A stretch of DNA of 63,941 bases, filler included, from Methanobacteriota archaeon (GCA_024860865.1; 7 parts of 7 records of this genome joined end to end with filler, not necessarily neighbours in it), one strand, 5' to 3'. Positions 29,526 to 40,049 are shown, counted from the whole stretch's first letter. Numbers and translations are program-made. Notes: a model not told the origin generated them from the sequence alone.

Positions 29526-30034
29526 CTAAAATATTTTAGATTGCACCTTGATTATCATTGTAGGTGTAACTATCAAGTTAACTTTCGTATCATGTTTCTC
29601 TATAGGTACTTTATCTACAATTTGAACATCGTGAACTGTTGTGATAACAGGAATTTTTCCAAATTTTTGTTGAACAGTGCTAATTTCTCTGTCTCCAAAA
29701 CCTCCGGATTTTCCGAGCCTGTATCCGCTTTTATCTACAGCAACGCATCCAGTAACAATTAAATCAGGTTTCAATAATTCTCTCAATTTTACTCCATACT
29801 TGAATGCACCTTCAATTGTAGAAGCAAAATTTTCTTTTCCTTTAACTTTCTCAAAATCGATCTGCAGGTAACCATGTTTAAGTCTAGGTGAAGCCATGAT
29901 TAGGATTTTACCATCTTTTAAAACAAATTCTCTCACTTTCTTCTGAGCAAAATCAGGATTAGCGACTATCACTTTTGCCTTTTTCCATTCTTCTAATTCC
30001 CTCACTCTTTCTGCAGCTTTGTCACTCCCACTAA
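29526..30034 (-). CDS. 5-formyltetrahydrofolate cyclo-ligase-like protein, 5' truncated
   Basis: NPDFAQ, PRL, GYRLGKSGGFGD, TTVHDVQ. Confidence 0.8.
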
Positions 30035-30134
30035 NNNNNNNNNNNNNNNNNNNNNNNNNNNNNNNNNNNNNNNNNNNNTTAATTAATTAANNNNNNNNNN
30101 NNNNNNNNNNNNNNNNNNNNNNNNNNNNNNNNNN
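30035..30134. other. Artificial contig linker
   Basis: N44-TTAATTAATTAA-N44. Confidence 0.98.
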
Positions 30135-30728
30135 AGAGCTTGCTTAGAACTTTTCAAAAGAAATGATTGTAGAATTCTAATCATTACAAAGTCTGATTTA
30201 ATACTCCGTGATATTGGTCTCCTTAAGGATATAAAAACAGCAGTGACATTTACCGTAACGACTCTCAATGAGAAAATAGCTAAAAAACTTGAACCAAATG
30301 CGCCAAAACCAATTGATAGGTTAAAAACAGCCAGTAAGTTGGCAAAAGAAGGTATCCCTGTTGGAGTTCGGTTGGACCCAATCATCCCCAGCTTGAATGA
30401 TGCCAATCTAGAATCAATTATAAAATTTGCTAAAGAAGCAAATATTATTCACCTTGTTACTTCAACATATAAACCCCGACCTGATAATTGGAAAAGACTC
30501 AAAAATGCTTTTCCAGAGATTGCTACAAAACTTGCACCTCTTTACTTTGAAAAGGGCGAGCGCCACCACAACTCTTGGTATTTACCTAAAGCAATTAGAT
30601 TAAGTTTAATGAAAGAAATAAAAGAACTCTGTGCTAAATACAACCTAACTTTTGCAACATGCCGTGAAGGTTTTCCTGAGCTTAGTACTGCAAAATCATG
30701 CGATGGGAGTCATTTAATTAGCAATTAA
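30135..30728 (+). CDS. Radical SAM protein (spore photoproduct lyase-like), 5' truncated
   Basis: ITKSDLILRD, LEPNAP, RLDPIIP, CREG. Confidence 0.75.
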   Translation, partial: RACLELFKRNDCRILIITKSDLILRDIGLLKDIKTAVTFTVTTLNEKIAKKLEPNAPKPIDRLKTASKLAKEGIPVGVRLDPIIPSLNDANLESIIKFAKEANIIHLVTSTYKPRPDNWKRLKNAFPEIATKLAPLYFEKGERHHNSWYLPKAIRLSLMKEIKELCAKYNLTFATCREGFPELSTAKSCDGSHLISN

Positions 30729-30741
30729 AAAATAGAATAAG

Positions 30742-31161
30742 TCAATCTACCAATCGTTTGATATCAGGTATTTTATCAAAATGCTTATCAAAGCTATATA
30801 TTTCTGTTATCCTTAATTTTTTCATTATTCTAGCTGCAATCACATCGTTTACACCAACACCGAAATTAAGAGCCTCTTCGATGGCTGCTATGTAACCCGT
30901 GCCCAGGACATCTTCTATTGTTATATTATTTAACAAGACTATCGAGGAGAGGACTTCCAAGCTTTGTTCAAGTGGCATTCGTGCTTCTAAAATATTCGCA
31001 ATCTCTGAAAGATGAACAACTGTTGTCGCTACCTCTTCACCATTTTCAACTCTTTCAATGATCTTTTTAGCAGAGCTTTTAAAGGTAGCAATATCTTCTG
31101 GTAAAGCCCTTCTCGGTCTCAAGTAAGCATAAACAAACACTGAGGCATCAATAAATCTCAT
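30742..31161 (-). CDS. vapC: VapC PIN-domain toxin
   Basis: FIDASVF, ND, IYSFDKHFD. Confidence 0.88.
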   Translation of the reverse strand: MRFIDASVFVYAYLRPRRALPEDIATFKSSAKKIIERVENGEEVATTVVHLSEIANILEARMPLEQSLEVLSSIVLLNNITIEDVLGTGYIAAIEEALNFGVGVNDVIAARIMKKLRITEIYSFDKHFDKIPDIKRLVD

Positions 31162-31415
31162 TTAGACTCTCCAAGGAGAACCTGTTTAAGCTTATTATAA
31201 TCAGAAAATGCATCGGGTGCAATATCAACGCCAATTGTGTCAAAAAATTCGGTAAGCTTTTTTCTCCTTAAAGGTTTTATTATAATGTAATCGCCCCTAC
31301 CGATTACCATCACTTTACTGGGGTAACCGACCTTTTTCCGAAAATTTCGCGGTAATACTATTCTCCCGTACTTGTCAATTTCAATAATTTCAACCATTTC
31401 TATTTTTATCACCAA
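31158..31415 (-). CDS. vapB: AbrB/VapB antitoxin
   Basis: IDKYGRIVLP; overlaps vapC. Confidence 0.85.
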   Translation of the reverse strand: MVIKIEMVEIIEIDKYGRIVLPRNFRKKVGYPSKVMVIGRGDYIIIKPLRRKKLTEFFDTIGVDIAPDAFSDYNKLKQVLLGESK

Positions 31416-31468
31416 ATTTATTTATTTTTGCCAAATATTTAAAGTTTACCAAAAAAAGTATTCCCAAA

Positions 31469-32698
31469 CTAAAGCAAGAAATGCCCGGCTCGGCTTTGAA
31501 CCATTACTGTTTTTAAGCCACATTCTTTAAAGATATTTCCAACTTTAAGCATTTCTTGAGGAGAAGGTTGAATTAAATCAGTTCTTTTGAATTCGGCTCT
31601 ATAATCCAAAGCAGTAACTTGAACTTTAGAATCCCACCGAGCAAGCTTACTGCCAATTTCTCGAATCTCTTCAAGAGTAATAAACGCTTTGTTATGAGGA
31701 ACCCCAACTCCAAGAAAAATTTTTTCAGAATAATTGTCTAAAATATATTTAGTTGCACTCCAAGCATTTTTTAAATAAATATTTGCTAATTTTTTCTCAA
31801 AAACATTTGTTATCTTCATAAAAGTCTCAATCCTTATACCCTTTAAATCAATTCCAATATCAGTCATGCCTGCTTGAACCAACTCATCGACATAATCCTT
31901 GGTCAAAATTGAACCGTTTGTATCCACATGAAAGTGAGCATTCTCATCAGTATTTAGCCTCATTGTTTCTTTTATAACTTGAATTAACCAAGGTCTATTT
32001 AACGTGCATTCTCCCCCAGAAAGGGTCATTCTATCAACCTTATGCTCTCTCCTCAGCTTTGTTAACTCTTCAGCAACTTGAATTGGAGCAAGCGCTTCCC
32101 CGCCAGTAAAAGTGATAACATGGTTTTGACATTGAGGGCATCGCAATGTGCACCCATGGGTAAATCCTACCACTTCAATTGGTCTTTCTGCACGTTTTAA
32201 CCTGTGAGGTGTTCCAACTCCGCCAACATAATGTGCCATAAAATCAGAAACTACTCTTTTTGGTTGATAATCCGCCGGTAACTTTGTTTCAATTATCATA
32301 CCATCTAAAATTTGCGTTGTACAAGCAGGGGATAAGTTTCCATTAACCAGAACAGAACAAGACCAACAACCGCCAACTTCACACGGAGAAAAGAATTTCT
32401 CAGCAGTTGGAAATCTAGTAAATTTAAATCCTTCTAATTCTAGGGCTGCTTTAACTGTAATTCTTTCTGGGACTTTGACTTCTTTATTATTAATTGTAAT
32501 AGTGATTTTTTTGCGTTCAGACTGATCTTCAATCATACTAACTGCATTGCTAGGACATGCTAAAGAACATGCTCCGCATCCAATGCAACTTGCCTCGTTA
32601 AAAAGATTTCCAACCGAACACTTAACGTAATTTTCACAAATCCCGCAATTAGTGCATTTTTCTGAGATTTTTCTCGCTAGTTTGAGAATAAAAGGCAT
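31469..32698 (-). CDS. Radical SAM (activating-enzyme-like) protein with N-terminal 4Fe-4S and 2Fe-2S-like domains
   Basis: CTNCGIC, CIGCGACSLACP, CEVGGCWSC, GCTLRCPQCQN, SGGE. Confidence 0.8.
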   Translation of the reverse strand: MPFILKLARKISEKCTNCGICENYVKCSVGNLFNEASCIGCGACSLACPSNAVSMIEDQSERKKITITINNKEVKVPERITVKAALELEGFKFTRFPTAEKFFSPCEVGGCWSCSVLVNGNLSPACTTQILDGMIIETKLPADYQPKRVVSDFMAHYVGGVGTPHRLKRAERPIEVVGFTHGCTLRCPQCQNHVITFTGGEALAPIQVAEELTKLRREHKVDRMTLSGGECTLNRPWLIQVIKETMRLNTDENAHFHVDTNGSILTKDYVDELVQAGMTDIGIDLKGIRIETFMKITNVFEKKLANIYLKNAWSATKYILDNYSEKIFLGVGVPHNKAFITLEEIREIGSKLARWDSKVQVTALDYRAEFKRTDLIQPSPQEMLKVGNIFKECGLKTVMVQSRAGHFLL

Positions 32699-33045
32699 TA
32701 AATTTTCTCCGATGATGCGCTTCTGCTCTTTTCTATTGCATTCAGAACAACAGCAATTATGTGCTTACAAAACTCAATTTCTTCTTTTCCCTTGGCTTGA
32801 CTCTCATGTCTAATAATGAAGTCCTTACAGCTGCAAAACCACGCTTTTTTGCTGGGAATAAATATGATTGTATATGGTTTTCCCTTAATTTGCCACTCGC
32901 AAAGCTTGTATTCTTGGACTTTTGAAGCTAGCTTAATTGCCTCTTTATAGCGGTCTTCCCATGACTTTGGAACGTATCTGCCCAGAATTGTTTTAGCAAG
33001 TTTACTTTCTAAAATAAGCTTTAAAACTTCTTTTGCTGAAAACAT
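32698..33045 (-). CDS. SWIM zinc-finger protein
   Basis: CSCKDF...CKHIIAV. Confidence 0.75.
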   Translation of the reverse strand: MFSAKEVLKLILESKLAKTILGRYVPKSWEDRYKEAIKLASKVQEYKLCEWQIKGKPYTIIFIPSKKAWFCSCKDFIIRHESQAKGKEEIEFCKHIIAVVLNAIEKSRSASSEKI

Positions 33046-33069
33046 TATTGCTCAGTAAATGGCTTTATA

Positions 33070-33270
33070 CTATCTTCTCGATTGAGAATCTTCTACCTCA
33101 TATTCAAGGCTTTGTTCGCGCGCGAGCTCAAATCGGTATCGCTTGTAGCAGTCTCTATGCGCTGGGCGTCCATCTAGCGTTATTATCCGCTCATTTGGCA
33201 AAATACGATTCCCACAAAATGTGCATGTTTCTTTTGTTCTGGTTGGTGGCATGCGCTTTCTTTTAATCAT
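33070..33270 (-). CDS. Small zinc-finger protein (CxxC-x16-HxxC)
   Basis: CTFCGNRI...AHRDCY. Confidence 0.55.
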   Translation of the reverse strand: MIKRKRMPPTRTKETCTFCGNRILPNERIITLDGRPAHRDCYKRYRFELAREQSLEYEVEDSQSRR

Positions 33271-33377
33271 AAATATCGTTTTTAAGGCTTCACTCCTTTT
33301 ATTTTAATTTTATGGTTTTAAATTATTGGTTATTGGTTGAAATGTTTAAATACGTGAATATTTCTCTCATATCGTTT

Positions 33378-33572
33378 ATGGAAACAATTACTCTGGAACA
33401 TCTTCATAAAGAGATACTAGACATAAAAAAAGAATTAAAAAAAATCAGCTTTCTTTTAGAAGAAGATTTTGAATTGAGCGAAGAAGCCAAAAAAGAGCTT
33501 TTCGAAGCGAGAAAAGAGCCTATTTCTTCCTATATAGACCATGAGAAGGTCCTAAAGGAATTTTCGGAATGA
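33378..33572 (+). CDS. Putative antitoxin of RelE
   Basis: Small acidic ORF overlapping relE (ATGA). Confidence 0.7.
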   Translation: METITLEHLHKEILDIKKELKKISFLLEEDFELSEEAKKELFEARKEPISSYIDHEKVLKEFSE

Positions 33573-33829
33573 CCTACGCGATAAAGTGGAGCCCGAGGGC
33601 AGTTAAAGAACTTCGTAAACTTCCCCGAGATGTTGCTGTTCGCATAGTTAAAAAGGTTGATTCGCTAAAAGAAGGCCCCATGAGATTTCTTGAAGGACTC
33701 AGTGGCGATCCGGGATTCAAGTTAAGAGTAGGAGACTATCGAGCATTAGTAGACGTTAAAGAAAAAGAGAAAATTATAGCTGTAAGAGTTCTCGGCCACA
33801 GAAAAAATATTTACAAGCGACGCCTTTGA
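33569..33829 (+). CDS. relE: RelE/ParE toxin
   Basis: KLRVGDYR, LGHRKNIY. Confidence 0.9.
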   Translation: MTYAIKWSPRAVKELRKLPRDVAVRIVKKVDSLKEGPMRFLEGLSGDPGFKLRVGDYRALVDVKEKEKIIAVRVLGHRKNIYKRRL

Positions 33830-33920
33830 AAATCGATCCTTTGAGTAGAATTCAATATCATCTAAGTGATCTCCAATATGAATCTAGAGAAATCGCTAAA
33901 ATAAGAAGGAGGAGGAAAAA

Positions 33921-35252
33921 ATAAGCGAACTCCCAAAAATTGTCATAAAACCACCAGGTCCAAAAGCAAGAGCGATAATCGAACGCGAGCAGAAAGTTCT
34001 TTCTCCTTCATTAACTTGGGTTTATCCACTAGCCATCGAATCTGGAAAAGGTGTGACGTTAACTGACCCAGATGGAAATGTTTACCTTGATTTTTCCAGT
34101 TGCATTGCAACTACAAATATTGGACACTCTGATCCAAATGTCACTGAAGCGATTAAAAAACAAATAGAGCGAATTTTACATACATCGCCATCTGATTTCT
34201 ATTCAGAGCTTACAACTAAGCTTGCTGAAAAACTGGTTGAAATCACCCCAGGTAATTTTCCAAAGCGCGTCTTCTTTTCAAATTCAGGTACTGAGGCCAT
34301 TGAATGTGCATTTAAAGTTGCTCGATGGCATACTGGAAGGATTCGAATGATTTCTTTTATTGGAAGTTTTCATGGAAGAACTTTTGGCTCGCTAAGCCTA
34401 ACTGGTAGCAGAGCTCATCATTTTAACAAGTTTTCTCCGCTAGTACCTGAAGTAACTCATGTTCCGTACGCCTATTGCTACCGATGTGCTTTCAAAAAGG
34501 AGTACCCAAAATGTGGTCTAGAATGTATTAATTACATTGAAAATATTGTTTTGAAGAGCATTTGCCCGCCAGAAGAGTTGGCAGGGATAGTAGTAGAACC
34601 TATCCTTGGAGAAGGAGGATATGTTGTTCCACCCTCTGATTTCATATTAGAACTAAAGCGAATTTGTGAAGCCAATAATCTGCTTTTAATCTTTGATGAA
34701 GTTCAAACAGGTTTTGGTAGAACTGGAAAGTTGTTTGCGGCTGAACATTGGAAAGTGGAGCCAGATATCATATGTTTAGCCAAGGCAATCGCAAATGGTT
34801 TCCCAATGGGAGCTACTGTTTGTAAAAGCAAGATAATGGATTGGATTGCAGGATCTCATGCAAATACCTTTGGTGGTAATCCAGTTGGTTGTGCTGCATC
34901 TCTTGCAACTATTGAATCTATTATTTCTCAACGTTTATGGGAAAATTCAGAAAAGCTTGGGAATTATTTGCTCTTTAGGCTGAATGAGTTTAAGGAGGAG
35001 TTTAAATCAATTGGAGATGTCCGTGGAAAGGGATTGATGGTTGGAGTTGAATTAGTTAAAAATAAGAATACAAAAGAACCGGCTAGAGAAGAAAGAGATT
35101 TAGTTTTAAAGCATTGCTTTGAGAAAGGATTGCTCCTTTTGCCAGGTGGATTTTCTACTCTCCGATTTGCACCGCCTCTAATCATAACTAAAGAACAAAT
35201 AGATATTGGATTGAATATTCTTTATCAAACATTTAAAGGACTGAAGTTGTGA
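33921..35252 (+). CDS. Class III PLP aminotransferase (GabT/ArgD-like), probable ATA start
   Basis: PPGPKAR N-terminus, [25 protein letters not shown]. Confidence 0.88.
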   Translation: MSELPKIVIKPPGPKARAIIEREQKVLSPSLTWVYPLAIESGKGVTLTDPDGNVYLDFSSCIATTNIGHSDPNVTEAIKKQIERILHTSPSDFYSELTTKLAEKLVEITPGNFPKRVFFSNSGTEAIECAFKVARWHTGRIRMISFIGSFHGRTFGSLSLTGSRAHHFNKFSPLVPEVTHVPYAYCYRCAFKKEYPKCGLECINYIENIVLKSICPPEELAGIVVEPILGEGGYVVPPSDFILELKRICEANNLLLIFDEVQTGFGRTGKLFAAEHWKVEPDIICLAKAIANGFPMGATVCKSKIMDWIAGSHANTFGGNPVGCAASLATIESIISQRLWENSEKLGNYLLFRLNEFKEEFKSIGDVRGKGLMVGVELVKNKNTKEPAREERDLVLKHCFEKGLLLLPGGFSTLRFAPPLIITKEQIDIGLNILYQTFKGLKL

Positions 35253-35452
35253 AATTGTTTGTATTCTAAATGTCTAAACTGACTACTCAGAGATAATCTA
35301 GAAAAGATGATATATTACCTAAACGAATGTTGAATGACCTACTTTGTTGGGCAAAAGGACAAGTAAGCTCGAATTAATATATTGTAGCCAGTATAGGTTG
35401 GTTTAATAAAAGGTATCAACACTAAAAACTTAAAAACCGGATAGTAATTATA

Positions 35453-36148
35453 ATGAGCGCCAAAAATTTATTGTTTTTAGTTTTAATAATATTGTCTGGA
35501 ATTGTTGTTTTTGGAGCTATTCTTTTCGCTTACCACTATTTCGCTTTTCAGTATACTTACACGCCACTTTTGCCAAATAATATTGGAGTAATAAAACTTA
35601 ATGCAAGTATTGAAGATGCTACTGCAACAACTGTTCGAACTTTAGCTGAGAAAGCAACAACTGACAGATCAATAAAAGCTGTTATAGTTTATATAAACTC
35701 ACCAGGTGGCGAAGCAGTTGCTTGTCAAGAAGTTTATGAGACCTTAGTTAGATTGCGCAATGAAAAACCAGTTGTAGCTTATTTAGGAACCCAAGCAACA
35801 AGTGGTGCTTATTGGGTGGCCCTCGGCGCGACTAAAATTGTTTCGAACCCAGCAACTCTCACCGGATCGTTTGGAGTTGAATGGATAATCCCCGCAGAAA
35901 TTACGGATTACGAGGAGTATTTTAAAAGGCACAAAATATTCAAAGCTGGTAAATACAAGGGACTTGAATCTAAGGAAAATTTAACCGAAGAGGAAAAGGC
36001 ACTTTTTCAGCAAGTGGTAGATGATATTCACAGAGAGTTCTTAAACACGATTCAAACTGAGCGAAAAATCACTAACTATACTTTAGACAAAGTTCGAGAG
36101 GCACAAATAATTACAGGGAGTTTTGCTAAAGAGTTGGGTTTAGTTGAT
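35453..36148 (+). CDS. sppA: Signal peptide peptidase SppA (S49), 3' truncated
   Basis: INSPGG, KPVVA, ATSGAYW, TGSFGV. Confidence 0.85.
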
Positions 36149-36248
36149 NNNNNNNNNNNNNNNNNNNNNNNNNNNNNNNNNNNNNNNNNNNNTTAATTAA
36201 TTAANNNNNNNNNNNNNNNNNNNNNNNNNNNNNNNNNNNNNNNNNNNN
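36149..36248. other. Artificial contig linker
   Basis: N44-TTAATTAATTAA-N44. Confidence 0.98.
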
Positions 36249-36375
36249 AAATTTCTTGGATAAATGGATGATAAAGCTTAGCGCTAAGGATCATTTCGTC
36301 AAGATAAGGCTCAAGTGTAGAGTCTATTAGTTTAGTATATTGGTCCAATAAATTTTCAAAATTCATTGTAATCAT
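36249..36375 (-). CDS. N-terminal gene fragment, possibly a polyprenyl synthetase
   Basis: Only about 40 aa of helical sequence before the contig end; weak resemblance. Confidence 0.3.
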
Positions 36376-36654
36376 GATTATTTCTTTTATTATAGTTTTA
36401 TTTCTTTTTTGTATTTATGAAGAATTCTTGCGTTAAACAGTAACCATTTTTTCATCTTTTATCGTGCAAAATCAAAAATTTTATGAAAACACATCAATTT
36501 AATTAAAAATTTTGCTCTGGAATTCAGAACAGCGCCGGGGTAGGGAATTGCTCTTCGCTTAAAGAAGGCGGCAGAGTCTTGGAAAAATGAGGATTGAAAG
36601 TTGTCGGACACAACTTGCTCAGTCCTCAATCATCCTTCTATCGCTAAGGAAAAA

Positions 36655-37281
36655 TCAGAAGCTCAATAAAACAACAGCCCTTTTTTCAAGGGAAACGCTG
36701 TATTTCTTGAAAAATTCATCGAACTCTTTTTCAGCATAAGATGGTACCATTATTATTCCACTGCCCAGCTTCTGCCCGCCCTTCCTCTCTAAAAGTCCTT
36801 TGTAGGCGTATTCCTTCCTTTCCTTTTTGAATGTAATGCCGTAAAGGCTTCGGTTTATCTCCATTTTTTTTGTCCTTGCGAGGTTTGAAAGATCGAAGGA
36901 ATAAAGCAGCATTGGGGAGAACCCACTTGCACCTGCTGGCAGAACAGGCTCATTGTCAGGTCTTTTGTAAAGCACCAAGGCATCACTGAAAACATTATAA
37001 AAGAACTCGACTTCAGAAACAAGATTTTCGACACCGATGCACACTGGAACTACTGTTCTCTTTTCTTCTCCTGCGTATTTTCCTACTATTTTGAGAACTT
37101 TCTTCTCTGCTTTCTTTGCCTCTTTCCTGTTGTCAAATACTAAAAGCAGATCTACATCACTTTTCCTTGTTATTTCTCCTCTTGCAAAGCTGCCGAAGAG
37201 AAGTATTGCTCTAAGCGCAGGGAAGGAAGACGCTATACTTCTGATCATTTCCGGCTTTATATCCTCATATCTCAATGCCAA
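36655..37281 (-). CDS. MNT nucleotidyltransferase antitoxin with a C-terminal extension
   Basis: LFGSFARG...SDVDLL. Confidence 0.85.
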   Translation of the reverse strand: MALRYEDIKPEMIRSIASSFPALRAILLFGSFARGEITRKSDVDLLLVFDNRKEAKKAEKKVLKIVGKYAGEEKRTVVPVCIGVENLVSEVEFFYNVFSDALVLYKRPDNEPVLPAGASGFSPMLLYSFDLSNLARTKKMEINRSLYGITFKKERKEYAYKGLLERKGGQKLGSGIIMVPSYAEKEFDEFFKKYSVSLEKRAVVLLSF

Positions 37282-37605
37282 GCTTTTTCACTTCCTCCAA
37301 TATTTCTTCCATCAAGCGGAGTGCAGCAGCTTTCTTGGCTCCATTTTCGTGCCTATAAGAGCCAAGATATATGAGCAACTCCCCGAAGTTCTTCCCGCAC
37401 TTGGTCGAGATTTTGTAAGCTAAATTCTTGGACTCGTCATGCGTTGAGGTCTCCTTCTTTTTAGCGAGTGTGTTGCCCCATTGACCGCATATTCTGCTGC
37501 CTTAAAAGCGTTTTGAATGGCTGCTGCTGGAGAAGATGCACTTCTTGCCAATGCTGCAAAGTCCTTTGCAGCGGCTATGTCGTCTTTTGCTTCGGCTATT
37601 AAAAT
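37265..37605 (-). pseudogene. HEPN-like toxin, frameshifted
   Basis: AKDDIAAA...NAFKAAEYAV in one frame and STHDE...SYR...LRLMEEILEEV in another; overlaps the MNT start. Confidence 0.55.
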
Positions 37606-37616
37606 AATACCTTCTT

Positions 37617-37733
37617 TCTAATACGATTTTAGATAGATAGGTAGCATACATGGCTTTCTAATACTATATTAGAATTCTAATATGAAAATTAGAGCATGCG
37701 TTAAACAGAGCATCTTTCTAATATTATATTAGA
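37617..37733. repeat. Four copies of the palindrome TCTAAT-N5/6-ATTAGA
   Basis: Copies start at 37617 (one mismatch), 37657, 37676 and 37717, upstream of HEPN-MNT. Confidence 0.8.
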
Positions 37734-37928
37734 TTTGTGATATATAGGCAATCTGGTATAAAATTTGAGCATACTTTAAAACTCTTGGAATGCTTAGTCC
37801 ATTTGCGAAACAGTTCTCTTGGGATTTTAGAATCAGCTCTCTGTTTTCATCTAGAACTTGGGAATTTCTAAGCGCTTCTATTGCCTTTTCAAGCTTCTGC
37901 TCGTAATTGTGATATTTGTTCCTTTCAT
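37729..37928 (-). pseudogene. N-terminal remnant of an archaeal tyrosine recombinase/integrase
   Basis: HNYEQKLEKAIE...ENRELILK...CFANGLSIPRVLKY; frameshift just after the ATG; truncated; next to an att copy. Confidence 0.6.
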
Positions 37929-38081
37929 CGAATATTTGTTACGCGCCGGCTTTTTATTTAACTTCAGTGCTCTGGAATTGCAGAATGGCGCCGGGGAATA
38001 GGTTTAGGCTATCGTTTAGACTAATATGTTACCTTGTGATATATATTAAAATATCATAGAATGTGTGATCTTGTGATATAA

Positions 38082-38714
38082 ATGAAAACGAGCCTTTTGC
38101 TCAAAAAGCTCCGCATGGAAGGAAAGGAGTTCGTGTCTTCCACAGAGCTTAAGCGATACTGCAAGTCAATGAAGCTCAGTTATGAAACGGTAATCAGATA
38201 TTTCACTTCACGCGGCTACCTAGTGAGGATCTTCAGAGGGATCTTCTACATTAAATCCTTAGACGAAAGCAAGCTCGGAAAAACAAAGTACAGCCATCTG
38301 GAGTTGGTTGCGAAAGGGTTGGAGATGAAGAACGTCAAGAACTGGTACTTCGGCTTTTACACGGCCTTGAAACTGAACAACATGACGCATGAGCATTTTG
38401 CAATTGATTATGTCGTCAGCGACAAGATATTCCGCGCAAAGCCGATGGGCATTGCAGGCTACGAATTCAAATTCATCAAACTTGCATCCCCACTTTTGGA
38501 ATTCGGCGTAACAAAAGACAGGCTGAGATACTCTGATGCTGAGAAAACAATTCTTGACTTCGTTTATACATGGAGATATAATGGAATCCCTAAAGAGAGG
38601 ATAGTTCTAGATATCAAAGAATGGGTCAAGAGCGTCTCCAAAGAAAAAATCAAAGAATATGCTAAGAGATATCCCAAGACAATTAGAGAAATCGTTGAAG
38701 AGGCAGTCGGATGA
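38082..38714 (+). CDS. AbiEi-like type IV antitoxin
   Basis: YLVRIFRGIFY, WYFGFYTAL, SDAEKTILD. Confidence 0.8.
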   Translation: MKTSLLLKKLRMEGKEFVSSTELKRYCKSMKLSYETVIRYFTSRGYLVRIFRGIFYIKSLDESKLGKTKYSHLELVAKGLEMKNVKNWYFGFYTALKLNNMTHEHFAIDYVVSDKIFRAKPMGIAGYEFKFIKLASPLLEFGVTKDRLRYSDAEKTILDFVYTWRYNGIPKERIVLDIKEWVKSVSKEKIKEYAKRYPKTIREIVEEAVG

Positions 38715-39637
38715 GAAAAGATTTTGTGAATGAGGTCAGCAGGATTCAGCGAATCAAAAGAGCAGATTTGATAGAAAAAGATCTGATACTCCATCTGATG
38801 CTGCTAGATCTTTCCAAAGACAAGTTCTTCTCTAAAAATTTTATTTTCAAAGGCGGGACGTGCTTGATAAAGTATTACCTCGGATACTTCCGGTTCTCCG
38901 AAGACATAGACTTTACGTGGAAGAATCAGAAAGTATTTGAAGGAAAGTCTCAGAAAGAGATTCGAGTTTATCTGTCAAAAATCATAGATGAACTGGGAGA
39001 CATTTTCGAAAGGCTAGCAGTGAAGCGAGGCTTGGATTTCAAATGTGAGAAGCACAACAAAAGCTATGTGGAGCTTGGTGGAGGAAATAAAACCTGTACA
39101 TTCAAGATCTGGTATCAGTCAGATATACTTGGTCACAGAAGCTTCGTAAAGGTTCAAATAAATTTTGTTGAAAAATTGTATTTTGTTCCGAAGAGAGCAG
39201 AATTGAAAAGTCTGTTAAGCAAAGAACAAGAAGAGCTCAGTATACTGTTTCCAGAGTACAAAGAATACATGCAGAGAATTCGTTTCGACGTGTATTATAT
39301 CCGCGAGATTCTGAGCGAAAAGATAAGGTCGATTCTAACACGGGAAGGAGTCAAGGCACGTGATTTTCTGGACGTTTACTTAATATGCAGAAAATTCAAC
39401 ATCAAGTTGGAAGACATTCATGAGAGCATTGTTAGCAAGACGCGGTTCATGCTCAACCTTTATGAGAAGTACAGAAGGAATTTGGCAGAGAAGAAGGATA
39501 TAGTTACATCAGGAAAAGTCTTCAAGTTGGGGGAAGAGAGAGGGCTCCTACTTCAGGATATAGAGGAAAAGGAATTCTACAAATTTCTAGAAGACTTCAG
39601 TGTGTTCTTAAAGAAGGTTACCGAAGAATTGGTTTGA
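38711..39637 (+). CDS. AbiEii/AbiGii nucleotidyltransferase toxin
   Basis: FKGGTCL, RFSEDIDF, SEKIRS, ARDFLD. Confidence 0.9.
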   Translation: MRKDFVNEVSRIQRIKRADLIEKDLILHLMLLDLSKDKFFSKNFIFKGGTCLIKYYLGYFRFSEDIDFTWKNQKVFEGKSQKEIRVYLSKIIDELGDIFERLAVKRGLDFKCEKHNKSYVELGGGNKTCTFKIWYQSDILGHRSFVKVQINFVEKLYFVPKRAELKSLLSKEQEELSILFPEYKEYMQRIRFDVYYIREILSEKIRSILTREGVKARDFLDVYLICRKFNIKLEDIHESIVSKTRFMLNLYEKYRRNLAEKKDIVTSGKVFKLGEERGLLLQDIEEKEFYKFLEDFSVFLKKVTEELV

Positions 39638-39698
39638 AGCCAGTTGCAGTTTAATGGTCAAAGAGAGCATAAATTGAGCCTATTTCTTGAATTTTATA

Positions 39699-39785
39699 TG
39701 GCGCCGGGGTAGGGAATTGAACCCTAGCGACCCATAAGGGCCACGGGATCTCAAGTCCCGCGCATTTCCACTCTGCCACCCCGGC
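39699..39785 (-). tRNA. tRNA-Ser (anticodon UGA) with encoded CCA
   Basis: GCCGGGG acceptor stem, CGGGA-CTTGAGA-TCCCG anticodon arm, long variable arm, G73. Confidence 0.93.
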
Positions 39786-40049
39786 TCCTTTTTTAAGTTA
39801 CAAAGTATAGTTTTGTATGTATTTAGCTCCTTTTGCTCCTCTGGGTTAAGCTCCAACTTCTGAAAAGACCATGTTGTTCGTCGGCTCAACTCTTAGTATG
39901 CAAAATCTTTGACTAGTAATACTTCACAATTCTAAGTTTAATGTTCTTTGCTATTTTTTAGATGTCTTAAGTTTCATGCAAATATTTAACATTGTTTTAT
40001 TAAAATCAAAATATTTAAATATATTAAAAAGAAAGAAATCGTATGTTGG

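Larger units (their letters stand above)
36532..39719. mobile_element. Degenerate island(s) integrated at the 3' end of tRNA-Ser
   Basis: 19-bp GCGCCGGGGTAGGGAATTG at 36532-36550 and 39701-39719; internal 12-bp copy at 37985-37996; toxin-antitoxin cargo and an integrase remnant. Confidence 0.8.

Noticed and set aside
39699-39785. tRNA with TGA in the anticodon loop as a possible tRNA-Sec
   Set aside because: Anticodon UGA reads the Ser codon UCA. tRNA-Sec needs anticodon UCA and extended acceptor and D stems, and this tRNA has a normal 7-bp acceptor stem.
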